From Flavobacteriaceae bacterium (GTDB lineage: Bacteria > Bacteroidota > Bacteroidia > Flavobacteriales > Flavobacteriaceae): a DNA stretch of 64,000 bases. The position numbers were made by a program, and so were the translations under genes. Location of the stretch: the NCBI GenBank assembly GCA_021647835.1, contig JAKITY010000001.1:8718-72717 (forward strand), read 5' to 3'. Positions 39,693 to 49,754 of the stretch are shown one piece after another. How positions within the stretch are numbered: position 1 is the first letter of the stretch; every line of letters begins with the position of its first letter. Below the pieces are notes generated by a model. The model made no database searches. It was not told the origin of the DNA and saw only the letters and a list, made by a program, of their open reading frames with translations.

Positions 39693-42260
39693 TTAGTCCA
39701 ACTCCACACCACGCAATCGCAGTGAATTTACAATTACCGAAAACGAACTAAAACTCATTGCTGCTGCGGCTATCATTGGTGATAATAAAAGCCCGAAAAC
39801 TGGATATAACAATCCTGCAGCAACAGGAATACCTAATACATTGTATATAAATGCAAAAAACAGATTTTGTTTGATGTTTCGCATTACTTTAGTTCCTAAA
39901 TTTTTGGCTTTTACAATTCCCATCAAATCGCCTTTTACTAAGGTTACTTCGCTACTTTCAATCGCGACATCGGTTCCTGTTCCCATTGCAATACCAACAT
40001 CTGATTGTGCCAATGCTGGTGCATCGTTAATTCCGTCTCCTGCCATTGCAACTACTTTTCCTTCTTCCTGTAGTTTTTCGATGACTTTTAGTTTGTCTTC
40101 TGGCAAACATTCAGCTTGAAAAGAGGCTAAATTTAACTCATCTGCAACCGATTTTGCCGTTCGGGCATTATCGCCTGTAAGCATAATTACTTCTACACCA
40201 TTTTTTTGTAGCGTTGCAATGGCTTCTTTACTGGTTGCTTTAATAGCATCGGTAATGGTTACGTAGCCTTCAACAGTTCCATTTACCGAAATGTACGAAA
40301 CCGTTTTACCTTGTTTTTGCTCTTCAATAACTTTTTCGTTTAATGCTGTTGGCAATGTAGCATTTATTTGCTTCATCAATTTATTATTTCCAACGGCAAC
40401 ATCTTTTCCGTCAATAGTTCCTGTAACACCTTTTCCCATAACGGCTTCAAAATTATCTGAATCGGATAGTGATACATTTAATTCTTCAGCCTTTTTTACA
40501 ATTGCCTCTGCTAATGGATGTTCGCTATATTTATTTAATGATGCTATTAATTTTAATAAACCTGCATCATTTTCATTTTTAATATTTACCACCTTTTCAA
40601 CGGATGGCTTTCCTTCGGTTATCGTTCCTGTTTTATCTGTGATTAGCACATCTACTTTGTTTAAATTTTCCAATGCTTCGGCGTTTTTAATTAACACACC
40701 ATTTAATGCGCCTTTACCTACGCCAACCATTACAGACATTGGTGTTGCCAATCCTAATGCACACGGACAAGCAATTATCAGTACAGCAATGGCGTTTACA
40801 AAACCAAATTCCAATCCGTATTCTCCTCCAAAAATATACCAAGCAAAAAATGTTATTATGGCAACTACAATTACTATAGGTACAAAGTATTTAGAAATTT
40901 TATCGGCTAATTTCTGAATTGGTGCTTTACTTCTACTTGCATTATTTACCATTTGTATTATCTGCGAAAGCAAAGTTTCTGAGCCTACTTTTTCGGCACT
41001 CATTACAAATGATTTTGTTCCGTTTATCGTTCCTGAACTCACAGCATCTCCTACATTTTTATCTACAGGAATTGGTTCTCCTGTTATCATAGATTCATCT
41101 ACATTACTATATCCTTCGGTTATTTTTCCGTCCACAGGAATTTTTCCTCCTGGTTTTACACGTAGTAAATCTCCCTTTTTGATACTGTGAATGGAAATTG
41201 TTTTATCGCCTTCTGGTGTTACTAAAGTGGCTTCGGTTGGTGCTAATTTCAAAAGTTCTTTAATCGCTCCGCTGGTTTGACTATGCGCTCTGGCTTCTAA
41301 TAATTGCCCAAGTAAAACTAAGGTTAAAATTACGGTTGTTGCTTCAAAATAAACATAAACCGTTCCTGCTTCGGTTTTAAACTGATCTGGAAAAACGTCT
41401 GGAAAAAACATCGCTACAATACTGAATAACCACGCAACTCCTGTACCAATTCCTATTAAAGTGAACATATTTAGGTTCATTGTTACAATAGATTTCCACG
41501 CTCGTTCAAAGAACATCCAACAGGCATAAAACACTACTGGAAGTGATAAAACTAACTGTATCCAGTTCCACGTTTGTTGTGAAAATATTTTTGCAAACGG
41601 ATTTCCTGGAATCAATTCTCCCATTGCAATGATAAAAATAGGCCCTGTAAAAAGCGTGGCTATTTTCATTTTTGAAAGTAATTTTTGGTAGGTTTTGTCT
41701 TCTTCGCTTTCCGATGGTTCCATTGGTACTAAATCCATTCCGCAAATAGGACACGATCCCATTTCGTCTTTGATTACTTCTGGATGCATTGGGCAGGTAT
41801 ATTGTACTGTTTGTACCGCTTGTAGTTGTTCTACTAAGTCCATTCCGCAAACTGGACAACCAACTTGTGAGGTGTATGTTTTATCGCCTTCGCAGTGCAT
41901 TGGGCAATAGAAAATTCCGTTTCCGTCTTTTACAATTGCACTTGAACTATCTGAACTACAACACGATAACTTTTCTTCTTTTTCAGAGTCACAGCAAGAG
42001 GTTTTTTCTGCTGTTTTTGTTGTGCAACAAGAGGTTTTTTCGTCATTTGTTTTCATTGTTATTGTATAATGTAATCCTGCTTTTAATAAGGTTTCTTGTA
42101 ATTTTTCTAATAAAACGTGTGAAATCATTTCTATAATAACTTCTTCTTTCTTTACATCTGCTGTTACTTTTGTAATTTCTTTTAAATTATTTAAAGCACT
42201 TTCTACATTGGTTTTACAACCTGTGCAGGTCATTCCTGATATTTTGTATGTATGTTTCAT
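39693..42260 (-). CDS. copA: Cu(I)-translocating P1B-type ATPase
   Basis: GMTCTGC HMA domain, two CPMH..CP.CGM domains, TGE, CPC, DKTGT, HP, GDGIND, YN and MxxSS. Confidence 0.96.
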   Translation of the reverse strand: MKHTYKISGMTCTGCKTNVESALNNLKEITKVTADVKKEEVIIEMISHVLLEKLQETLLKAGLHYTITMKTNDEKTSCCTTKTAEKTSCCDSEKEEKLSCCSSDSSSAIVKDGNGIFYCPMHCEGDKTYTSQVGCPVCGMDLVEQLQAVQTVQYTCPMHPEVIKDEMGSCPICGMDLVPMEPSESEEDKTYQKLLSKMKIATLFTGPIFIIAMGELIPGNPFAKIFSQQTWNWIQLVLSLPVVFYACWMFFERAWKSIVTMNLNMFTLIGIGTGVAWLFSIVAMFFPDVFPDQFKTEAGTVYVYFEATTVILTLVLLGQLLEARAHSQTSGAIKELLKLAPTEATLVTPEGDKTISIHSIKKGDLLRVKPGGKIPVDGKITEGYSNVDESMITGEPIPVDKNVGDAVSSGTINGTKSFVMSAEKVGSETLLSQIIQMVNNASRSKAPIQKLADKISKYFVPIVIVVAIITFFAWYIFGGEYGLEFGFVNAIAVLIIACPCALGLATPMSVMVGVGKGALNGVLIKNAEALENLNKVDVLITDKTGTITEGKPSVEKVVNIKNENDAGLLKLIASLNKYSEHPLAEAIVKKAEELNVSLSDSDNFEAVMGKGVTGTIDGKDVAVGNNKLMKQINATLPTALNEKVIEEQKQGKTVSYISVNGTVEGYVTITDAIKATSKEAIATLQKNGVEVIMLTGDNARTAKSVADELNLASFQAECLPEDKLKVIEKLQEEGKVVAMAGDGINDAPALAQSDVGIAMGTGTDVAIESSEVTLVKGDLMGIVKAKNLGTKVMRNIKQNLFFAFIYNVLGIPVAAGLLYPVFGLLLSPMIAAAAMSFSSFSVIVNSLRLRGVELD

Positions 42261-42354
42261 AATGTTATATTTTCAAAAACAAAGATTACTTTAATTTAAG
42301 ATTTTTTTATGCATAATTTTGGTTAATGTTTATACTTTTTATGGTTTTACGTCC

Positions 42355-42387
42355 ACGTTTACTAAACTTTTAAAGTTTAGTAAACGT
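42355..42387. repeat. Perfect 16-bp inverted repeat
   Basis: ACGTTTACTAAACTTT-T-AAAGTTTAGTAAACGT. Confidence 0.8.
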
Positions 42388-44726
42388 TAAAATCGCCAAG
42401 ACAATCCGCCACCAGCACCAAAACGATTGTCATAACTTGCCATTAAAGAAAAATTTCTTGATAACATATATTCTGCTCCAGCACTCCAAACAGTTTCGGA
42501 TTCAAAATTAATTCCCGTAGGAAGATCATTTATTAATCCTACATCAAATTGATATTCATAATAGCCAAATACCGAAAATCTTGGGAAAAGACCAAAACTT
42601 CTTCCTAATGAAATTCGTGGTCTTAATTCGCTATCTATACGAGCGTCCAAACTAAACATATAAGGTGTAAAATACCGAATACCTGCAACTGCAACTGTAT
42701 TAAACTCCGTTAGATTGTTTTCTTCATTTTCGGTATTTACGCCTCCAAAAACGGTTAAATAATCGTGCAAATAATATTCATACGTAAATTCGGCTTCCAA
42801 AATCTTATTCCAACCATATTCAAACGAAGCGTTAAATTGATTTCTGATATTTGATGTTGTCAAGTTTATTGCCGCCATATTAGATGCAACATCGAGTAAT
42901 CCCCAAGAATAGTATTTATCGGTTTTTGCTATTGCTACAGATACAGGATAATTTTCCATTCTTTTATCTCGTGGTGTTTCATAAGTAAAAACACGAGCCA
43001 TTCCGCCCATTACGTGATAGAGAACGTGACAATGAAAAAACCAGTCGCCATATTCGTTACCAAAAAACTCTATCGTTATTTCTTCCATTGGTGGCACGTT
43101 TACAGTATGTTTTAATGGTGAATAATCTCCGTTTTTATTCAATACTCTAAAAAAGTGTCCGTGCAAGTGCATTGGATGATGCATCATTGTTAAATTATTC
43201 AGTGTAATTCTGGTAACCTGATTTTCTTTGATTTTTATAACATCTGTTTCAGAAAGAGGCACGCCGTCCATACTCCAAATGTAACGTTGCATATTTCCTG
43301 TAAGGTTTAATAAAATTTCTTTTACTGGAATATCTTTAGAAAAATTAGTTTTTTCAGGCGATTTTAAATAATCATAATTATATTCTGAAAATATATTCAT
43401 TTCTTCCATTTTCATAGTACCTTTTTCCATCATCTTTGTTTTGTCCATACTTTTCATCTGCATAGAATCATTTGGCATATCCATTCTATTATTTTTCATT
43501 TTTGAAGATTTCTTCATTCCATCTTTCATTTCATCATTCATCCCTTCATTCATTTTATCATTTTTTTTACCTTTCATCTGCATACCAAATTTCTCTTTCA
43601 TCTCATAGCGATTGTCTATTTTGGGACGGAATTTTAAGGCATAAGCACCCATTTTCATATCCATTTTCGCCATTTTTTTCATCATCCCAATTTTGTCTGG
43701 TCTTTCAATACTTTCGGCTTTGAGTATTTTTCCTGTTCCTAAAAACGCTGATGCTGTTCCTGAACCATCTTGTGCTGTGATTTTAAATTCTATTTTTCCG
43801 TTTTCTGGAATGGTTACAATAAAATCGTAGGCTTCGGCAATAGCAATAAAGGTTTTGTTCTTTTTAATTGGGACAACATCTACTCCGTCATTAGCAACTA
43901 ATAATGGGTCTTCGCCACCAAATGTCATCCAAAAATTGGTGGATGCGGCTGCGTCAATAATTCGTAAGCGTACTTTTTCTCCTGCTTTAAATTCGGGATA
44001 TTCTATGGATTGTTTTCCATTAATTAAGAAGGCATCATAGTAAATATCGGCAATATCTGCACCTTCCATTCGCCCTTTCCAGAATTTCATTTGTGCGCCA
44101 AAAGCACCTCTTTTAATCACTTGGTTTAAAGGTGTTGCTGTTCCTTTTCTGAAATTATACCATTCTGTGCCCCGTTTTAGATTGCGTAATACTTCCATTG
44201 GTTTTTCGTTTGTCCAATCGGATAGCATCAATACTAAATCGCTGTCATATTCTAATGTTTTCTTTTTAGGATGAATTATAAACGACCCAAAAATACCTCT
44301 TTGCTCTTGTAACATTGTATGGCTGTGATACCAATATGTTCCTGAATGCTTCAGGGCAAACTCGTATTTAAATGATTTTCCAGCAGGAATTGGCGGTGTT
44401 GTTAAGTGAGGAACGCCATCATAAAAATTGGGTAGTAAAAGTCCGTGCCAATGAATTGAACTTTCTACATCCATTTCATTTTTTACATTGATGACCGCAT
44501 ATTCACCTTCGGTAAATTCCAATACTGGTCCAGGAATACTACCGTTTATGGTCATTGCCATTACTTCTTTTCCTGACATATTCACTTTTTCTTGCCTAAG
44601 CGTTAGTGTGTACTCCTTTACAGGAAGATTGTCTATATTTCCTTCTACAGATTTTTCTTCTTGGGCATTTAGGCTGATGCTTATAAGCAGTAAAAATATA
44701 GAAACTATGTTTATCGATTTTTTCAT
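42387..44726 (-). CDS. Multicopper oxidase (PcoA/CopA-like) with Met-rich insert and C-terminal beta-barrel-like domain
   Basis: HWHG, WYHSH, HPMHLHGH and HCHVLYH motifs, a Met/Lys-rich linker and an aromatic C-terminus (LSWRF). Confidence 0.93.
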   Translation of the reverse strand: MKKSINIVSIFLLLISISLNAQEEKSVEGNIDNLPVKEYTLTLRQEKVNMSGKEVMAMTINGSIPGPVLEFTEGEYAVINVKNEMDVESSIHWHGLLLPNFYDGVPHLTTPPIPAGKSFKYEFALKHSGTYWYHSHTMLQEQRGIFGSFIIHPKKKTLEYDSDLVLMLSDWTNEKPMEVLRNLKRGTEWYNFRKGTATPLNQVIKRGAFGAQMKFWKGRMEGADIADIYYDAFLINGKQSIEYPEFKAGEKVRLRIIDAAASTNFWMTFGGEDPLLVANDGVDVVPIKKNKTFIAIAEAYDFIVTIPENGKIEFKITAQDGSGTASAFLGTGKILKAESIERPDKIGMMKKMAKMDMKMGAYALKFRPKIDNRYEMKEKFGMQMKGKKNDKMNEGMNDEMKDGMKKSSKMKNNRMDMPNDSMQMKSMDKTKMMEKGTMKMEEMNIFSEYNYDYLKSPEKTNFSKDIPVKEILLNLTGNMQRYIWSMDGVPLSETDVIKIKENQVTRITLNNLTMMHHPMHLHGHFFRVLNKNGDYSPLKHTVNVPPMEEITIEFFGNEYGDWFFHCHVLYHVMGGMARVFTYETPRDKRMENYPVSVAIAKTDKYYSWGLLDVASNMAAINLTTSNIRNQFNASFEYGWNKILEAEFTYEYYLHDYLTVFGGVNTENEENNLTEFNTVAVAGIRYFTPYMFSLDARIDSELRPRISLGRSFGLFPRFSVFGYYEYQFDVGLINDLPTGINFESETVWSAGAEYMLSRNFSLMASYDNRFGAGGGLSWRF

Positions 44727-44765
44727 AATTTATTCTTTTGTTGTTGAATAATTGTAATTTTAAAG

Positions 44766-46118
44766 TTATGTCATTCCATTCATTTCTTCCTCATCCATTT
44801 CCATATACATTTTCCCTTCATTATCTGTATGTGATTTCATAAAAAGATATTGAGAAAGAAAAATAAGGGCAATTCCAATAGTGGCAACTACAAGTACAAA
44901 AGGGTCACTCACATATTTTAAATAGATAAATGCAACCAAAACAATCACATCCATTACTATTGCAATTAGCGGAATAATTGGATTGAATTTCACTTCTTTT
45001 CTAAGATGTCTAAAAAGTCCCCAATGAATAGCAATATCCATTATTAAATAAAAAATAGCACCAATGGAAGCAATTCGTGTTAAATCGAACAAAATAGTTA
45101 AAAGTATTGCCAAAGAAACCGTGAAAATTAAAGATGGGTTTTTAAGGTTTTTTATACGATTTAAGTTAGGTACTTGTTTCATATTACTTAACATTTCTAA
45201 CATTCTTGAAGCTGAATATACACTCGCTATTACTCCAGAAACGGTTGCAATAATGGCAAGAAAAATAGTTAGTACAGAACCCCATTCGCCAAATACAGGT
45301 TTTGCCGCAGCTGCCAAAGCATAATCTTTTGCCACAATAATTTCTTCAATACTTAATCCGCCAGCAACCGATAATGCCAAAGTAACATAGATAACTGTAC
45401 AAACTGCAATTGAAATAATAATAGAACGTCCAACATTTTTATGCGGATTTTTAATATCTCCTCCTTGATTGGTAATGGTAGTAAACCCTTTATAAGCAAG
45501 AATAGATAAAGCCAATGCTGCAACAAACCCAAAACCTTCAGGTAAAGATTGACTACTTGCTGATATATAATTACCTGCAATAGTAGGTAAACCTGAAATT
45601 ACCAAACCTGAAATTGCTAAAACTGCAATACCTGCTATTTTAATAATAGCGGTTATAGTGGCTGATGCTTCTATAACCTTATTGCCTGAAATATTAACAA
45701 TATAGGCTATTGCTATAAGTAGCACACCCAATACAGAAGCATATCCTGTATATTCTTGCGGAAACAGTCGCAAGGTATAAGCACCAAAAGTGCCTGCAAC
45801 TAAACTTTCTGCAACAACCATTGACACATACATTAACAAAGAAAAAGAACCTGTGGCTGTACCTGGACCATAGGCTTTTGTTAAAAATTTTGCAACACCA
45901 CCAGAAGAAGGATATGCATTTGAAAACTTAACATAAGAATAAGAACTAAAACCTACAACTATTGCACCTGCAACAAACGCTATAGGAAATAAATCACCTA
46001 CTAATTCAGCAATTTGACCCATAAGCACAAAAATACCAGCACCTATCATCACTCCTGTGCCTAAAGAAACAGATCCAAGTAAAGATAATTTTTGCTTTTC
46101 TTGTTTATGATTTTTCAT
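44766..46118 (-). CDS. APC family permease
   Basis: GVMIGAGIF, PSSGG and AYKGF motifs; ~12 TM helices. Confidence 0.9.
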   Translation of the reverse strand: MKNHKQEKQKLSLLGSVSLGTGVMIGAGIFVLMGQIAELVGDLFPIAFVAGAIVVGFSSYSYVKFSNAYPSSGGVAKFLTKAYGPGTATGSFSLLMYVSMVVAESLVAGTFGAYTLRLFPQEYTGYASVLGVLLIAIAYIVNISGNKVIEASATITAIIKIAGIAVLAISGLVISGLPTIAGNYISASSQSLPEGFGFVAALALSILAYKGFTTITNQGGDIKNPHKNVGRSIIISIAVCTVIYVTLALSVAGGLSIEEIIVAKDYALAAAAKPVFGEWGSVLTIFLAIIATVSGVIASVYSASRMLEMLSNMKQVPNLNRIKNLKNPSLIFTVSLAILLTILFDLTRIASIGAIFYLIMDIAIHWGLFRHLRKEVKFNPIIPLIAIVMDVIVLVAFIYLKYVSDPFVLVVATIGIALIFLSQYLFMKSHTDNEGKMYMEMDEEEMNGMT

Positions 46119-46197
46119 TTTATTTATTTATTTCTAAAATATTTTGAAATGACAAATACAATTACAACAAATGCCGACATCATTTTAAATACTGAAA

Positions 46198-47514
46198 TTA
46201 TTCTTGCTCTTTGGGTTTAAAATTTCTAATAATTAACCTATTACTTTTTTCGTAACTAAAGTAACTTATTGTCCAATTTATGCCTACCATTAGTCTATTT
46301 CTAAAACCGCTAATAGACATTAAGTGAACAAATGACCATAGCAACCAAGCAAAATAACCTCCAAATTTTAATTTACCTAAATCGGCAACTGCTCTACGTT
46401 TTCCAACAGTTGCTAATGAACCTTTGTCTTTGTATTTAAAAGAAATAAGTGGTTTTTTTTGAATGATATTTATAATATTTTTGGCGACAATCTTACCTTG
46501 TTGTATTGCAGGTTGAGCAACTTGCGGATGCCCTTTAGGTGTTTCTTTTGTAATAACAGCAGCAATATCTCCCATTGCAAATACATTATTCAGTTCTTCA
46601 ACTTGTAGATGTTGATTTGTTTTTAGTCGGTTGCCTGCAACCAAGTGTTTTTTATCAATCCCTTTTGGTAACTGTCCTTTAACTCCTGCTGTCCAAATTA
46701 GGTTTTTGGCGAGTAATTGTTTGCCACTTTTAGTTTTAACAATATTACCATCATAATCTGTTACAATTTCATTTAAAAAGATTTCTACATCTAATTCTTT
46801 TAGATATTTCAATGTTTTAGTAGATGCTTTTTCAGACATTCCTGAAATAAGTTTATTAGAGCCTTCAACTAAATAAATGTTCATAATGGATGCTGGATAT
46901 TCGGGATAGTCTTTAGGAAGAATGTACTTTTTAAATTCTGCTAATGCTCCAGCCATTTCTACACCAGCAGGACCACCACCAACAATTACAAAATTGGTTA
47001 ACGCATCACGTTCATTATCATTACAAGTAATGGTGGCTTGTTCTAAATTTTGAAGCATCATATGACGAATATTCAGTGAATCTCGAATATTTTTCATTCC
47101 TAAACTATGCTTTTTTACATTTTTCATTCCGAAAAAATTAGTAGTTGTGCCTGTTGCTAATACTAAATAGTCGTATATTAAACTTCCTTTATTGGTTTGA
47201 ATAGTTTTTGTTTCGGGTTTAATTTCTTGAACTTCTACTAATCTAAAAACAACATTTTTATAACCCAAAATTTGTTTTCTAAACGGAAAAGCAATACTAT
47301 CTGGTTCTAATCCACTAGTTGCAACTTGATACAATAATGGCTGAAATTGATGGTAGTTATTTTTATCTATCAATACTACTTGTACATTTTGTTTTTTTAA
47401 GCCTTCAATTAAAGATAAGCCCGCAAAACCTCCACCAATTATTACAACTCTTGGTAAGTTTGAATTTGGCAAACATATTGTTGTTGCTTCTTTGCAAGTG
47501 GTATCTTTATACAT
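46198..47514 (-). CDS. Type II NADH:quinone oxidoreductase (NDH-2) family
   Basis: IIGGGFAG, FQPLLYQVAT, VGGGPAGVEMAG, WTAG and AQPAIQQG. Confidence 0.92.
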   Translation of the reverse strand: MYKDTTCKEATTICLPNSNLPRVVIIGGGFAGLSLIEGLKKQNVQVVLIDKNNYHQFQPLLYQVATSGLEPDSIAFPFRKQILGYKNVVFRLVEVQEIKPETKTIQTNKGSLIYDYLVLATGTTTNFFGMKNVKKHSLGMKNIRDSLNIRHMMLQNLEQATITCNDNERDALTNFVIVGGGPAGVEMAGALAEFKKYILPKDYPEYPASIMNIYLVEGSNKLISGMSEKASTKTLKYLKELDVEIFLNEIVTDYDGNIVKTKSGKQLLAKNLIWTAGVKGQLPKGIDKKHLVAGNRLKTNQHLQVEELNNVFAMGDIAAVITKETPKGHPQVAQPAIQQGKIVAKNIINIIQKKPLISFKYKDKGSLATVGKRRAVADLGKLKFGGYFAWLLWSFVHLMSISGFRNRLMVGINWTISYFSYEKSNRLIIRNFKPKEQE

Positions 47515-47574
47515 TGGTATTGTATTTATAATAAGTATAATTCTATTTTAAACTTTTCTTGTGTGTAATTTTAG

Positions 47575-48147
47575 TTAAATTGTATCTAATTTTTTTCTTT
47601 TTCCTGTATTTTTAAACTGCGTAGGTGTTATTCCTGTTACTTTTTTGAATTGTCTTGATAAATGTTGTGGACTGCTATAATTAAGTTCATAAGAGATTTG
47701 ACTTAAGGTTAGTTCTCCATAAAGCAGTAGTTCTTTTGCACGTTCAATTTTTTGTTTTATCGTGAAGTGTTCTATTGTTTCTTCTTCTATTTCTGAAAAC
47801 ACTTTGCTTAAATGAGAATAATCTACGCTTAAATTTATAGTTAGAAATTCTGAAAAATTTTGAGTTGATGGTTTTTTTCTTTGATGATGTATAATATCTA
47901 TAATTAAAGATTTTACTTGGCTTGCTATTTTTGCATCACGAGTTTCAACCAATTCAAACCCTTCTTTTTTTAGCATCTTTTTGAGTTTTCTTTTGTTTCC
48001 CTCTGAAATCCCTTGCTGAAATTGTATTGTTCCTAATTGAACATCTATAAAGTCAATATTATTTTTTAACAGTTCTTCTTTAATCACTTTTATACAGCGA
48101 TTGCAAACCATATTTTTAACTATTATTTTAGTGTTTTTTAGTTTCAC
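47575..48147 (-). CDS. AraC-family regulator with N-terminal HMA-like CxxC domain
   Basis: KNMVCNRC and a C-terminal AraC HTH (YSSPQHLSRQFKKVTGITP). Confidence 0.92.
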   Translation of the reverse strand: MKLKNTKIIVKNMVCNRCIKVIKEELLKNNIDFIDVQLGTIQFQQGISEGNKRKLKKMLKKEGFELVETRDAKIASQVKSLIIDIIHHQRKKPSTQNFSEFLTINLSVDYSHLSKVFSEIEEETIEHFTIKQKIERAKELLLYGELTLSQISYELNYSSPQHLSRQFKKVTGITPTQFKNTGKRKKLDTI

Positions 48148-48152
48148 TTTTT

Positions 48153-48608
48153 CTAAAGATTATCTCTTAAATTATCTAACCATTCTGTAAGCATTTTTTT
48201 ATCTTCTTCAGAAAATTTTGCTTCGCTGTGCATTAATGTATAGGACGACAATGGCATTTCGTCATCTCTAATCTGACTCATAATTGATTTCAACTTACTT
48301 TTTTGTCTGCGTTTAGAATAATCTGCAAACTCACTAAAATTTAGTTCTGCTTTTGCTTCATTAATATGATCTTCTAAAAACCAAGCAATTGGCTGTATTT
48401 TATTGTACCACGGATAGTAGGTATTGTTACTGTGGCAATCGTAACATGAAGCTGTTAGTTTTGCTGCGATATTTTTAGGAGGATTAAAGGTTGTTATAAA
48501 ATCTGTTTTTGAAACAATATCGTTTTGGTTGTATTTTTTTGGTATAAACTGAATAGCAATGAATACTATAAATAATACAAGCCCTATTTTTTTTATGTAT
48601 CGTTTCAT
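48153..48608 (-). CDS. Haem-binding domain (c-type cytochrome) protein
   Basis: SCYDCHSN CxxCH motif, YPWY and MPL distal Met. Confidence 0.9.
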   Translation of the reverse strand: MKRYIKKIGLVLFIVFIAIQFIPKKYNQNDIVSKTDFITTFNPPKNIAAKLTASCYDCHSNNTYYPWYNKIQPIAWFLEDHINEAKAELNFSEFADYSKRRQKSKLKSIMSQIRDDEMPLSSYTLMHSEAKFSEEDKKMLTEWLDNLRDNL

Positions 48609-48627
48609 TTTTTTTATTTTAAGTTAA

Positions 48628-48658
48628 AACCTACAAGGTTTTTGAAACCTTGTAGGTT
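48628..48658. repeat. Perfect 14-bp inverted repeat (REP-like)
   Basis: AACCTACAAGGTTT-TTG-AAACCTTGTAGGTT. Confidence 0.8.
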
Positions 48659-48671
48659 CAGTAAACTAAAC

Positions 48672-49337
48672 TTAGTTAATCTGCTTTTTCACACTACCAC
48701 ATTTTAACATTTTCGCTCCAAAATATGGATTTTTGATTTCTTTTACTTCACTTAACCAAGAAGCACCTTTGTTATTATTTGCCATTGGACAAAAATCTTG
48801 ATACAAGGTTTTTTCTGTTCCTAATAGCGTAATTAAATCGTCCATATCTGTACTCAACACTTCAAAATGTTCTCTTTGATGTGCGATATCACTTTTTACA
48901 ATATGTGCTCCGTGCTCTTTTGCACTTTCCATTATTTCCATATATTCTTTGTGTGTATCGCCAGACAATTTGCTCATATCAAATTTAGAAAAAGCAGCAA
49001 CCAACGCAGTTCCTCCTTTTTTCGTTGCTACATTATCATCTGAAACTAAACCATTTTTAATTTGAATATACGCATCAATAATTGGTGTTGTTGCTGCATT
49101 CTTTTGAGAAGTTGCACTAACATCTCTTGTTTCTGAAGCCTTATCACCATCATGATGTCCATCGCTGTTATCGTGTCCTGCTTCCTCGTGCTTCATATTT
49201 GAATGATCATTGCCTTTCATTTCTGTTTTCTGAGCATCTTCTTTTGGTTGCTCCTTTTTACCATCTTTACAAGATATTACTGTTACTGCAATAAATAATA
49301 TTGCTAAAATTCTTGTTGTTAATTTTAAACCTTTCAT
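48672..49337 (-). CDS. DUF3347 lipoprotein with His-rich linker
   Basis: VISC lipobox, HQREHF and FCPMA..NPYFG..MLKCG. Confidence 0.88.
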   Translation of the reverse strand: MKGLKLTTRILAILFIAVTVISCKDGKKEQPKEDAQKTEMKGNDHSNMKHEEAGHDNSDGHHDGDKASETRDVSATSQKNAATTPIIDAYIQIKNGLVSDDNVATKKGGTALVAAFSKFDMSKLSGDTHKEYMEIMESAKEHGAHIVKSDIAHQREHFEVLSTDMDDLITLLGTEKTLYQDFCPMANNNKGASWLSEVKEIKNPYFGAKMLKCGSVKKQIN

Positions 49338-49359
49338 TTTTAAATAAATTTCGTGTTAA

Positions 49360-49743
49360 TTAATGCTTGTGACCACTATGACCCTCTTTTTTCTTTGTAG
49401 ATATTTTCATTTCTCTATCATATTGGCAACATCCTGGTAAAGCGTTATATGATTTCTCGTTGGCTTTTACTAGGTTAGTATCATATCCAGAAGCAGCAAT
49501 AGTTCTATGAATTATTGATAATTTTGTTTTGGAAGCATCAAAAGAAACTACCATTTTTTTGCTTTCCTTGTCCCAAACTGCCTCCGAAACACCTGCTACG
49601 CTTTTTGCTGCTTTCTCAATAGTTGATTTGCACATTCCGCAATTTCCTCGAACGCCAAATGTGGCATCTTCAGTTTTAGATTGTGCAAAACTCATTGTAA
49701 TTGTTAAAACGAATACGATTGTTGTTAAAATTGTTTTTCTCAT
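49360..49743 (-). CDS. Periplasmic HMA-domain metallochaperone
   Basis: Signal peptide, GNCGMC, LPGCCQY and His tail. Confidence 0.92.
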   Translation of the reverse strand: MRKTILTTIVFVLTITMSFAQSKTEDATFGVRGNCGMCKSTIEKAAKSVAGVSEAVWDKESKKMVVSFDASKTKLSIIHRTIAASGYDTNLVKANEKSYNALPGCCQYDREMKISTKKKEGHSGHKH

Positions 49744-49754
49744 TGTTTTTAAAT

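Noticed and set aside
39841-42136. Plus-strand ORFs up to 208 aa opposite copA, and a 117-aa alternate-frame ORF
   Set aside because: Fully nested in copA and no recognisable domains.
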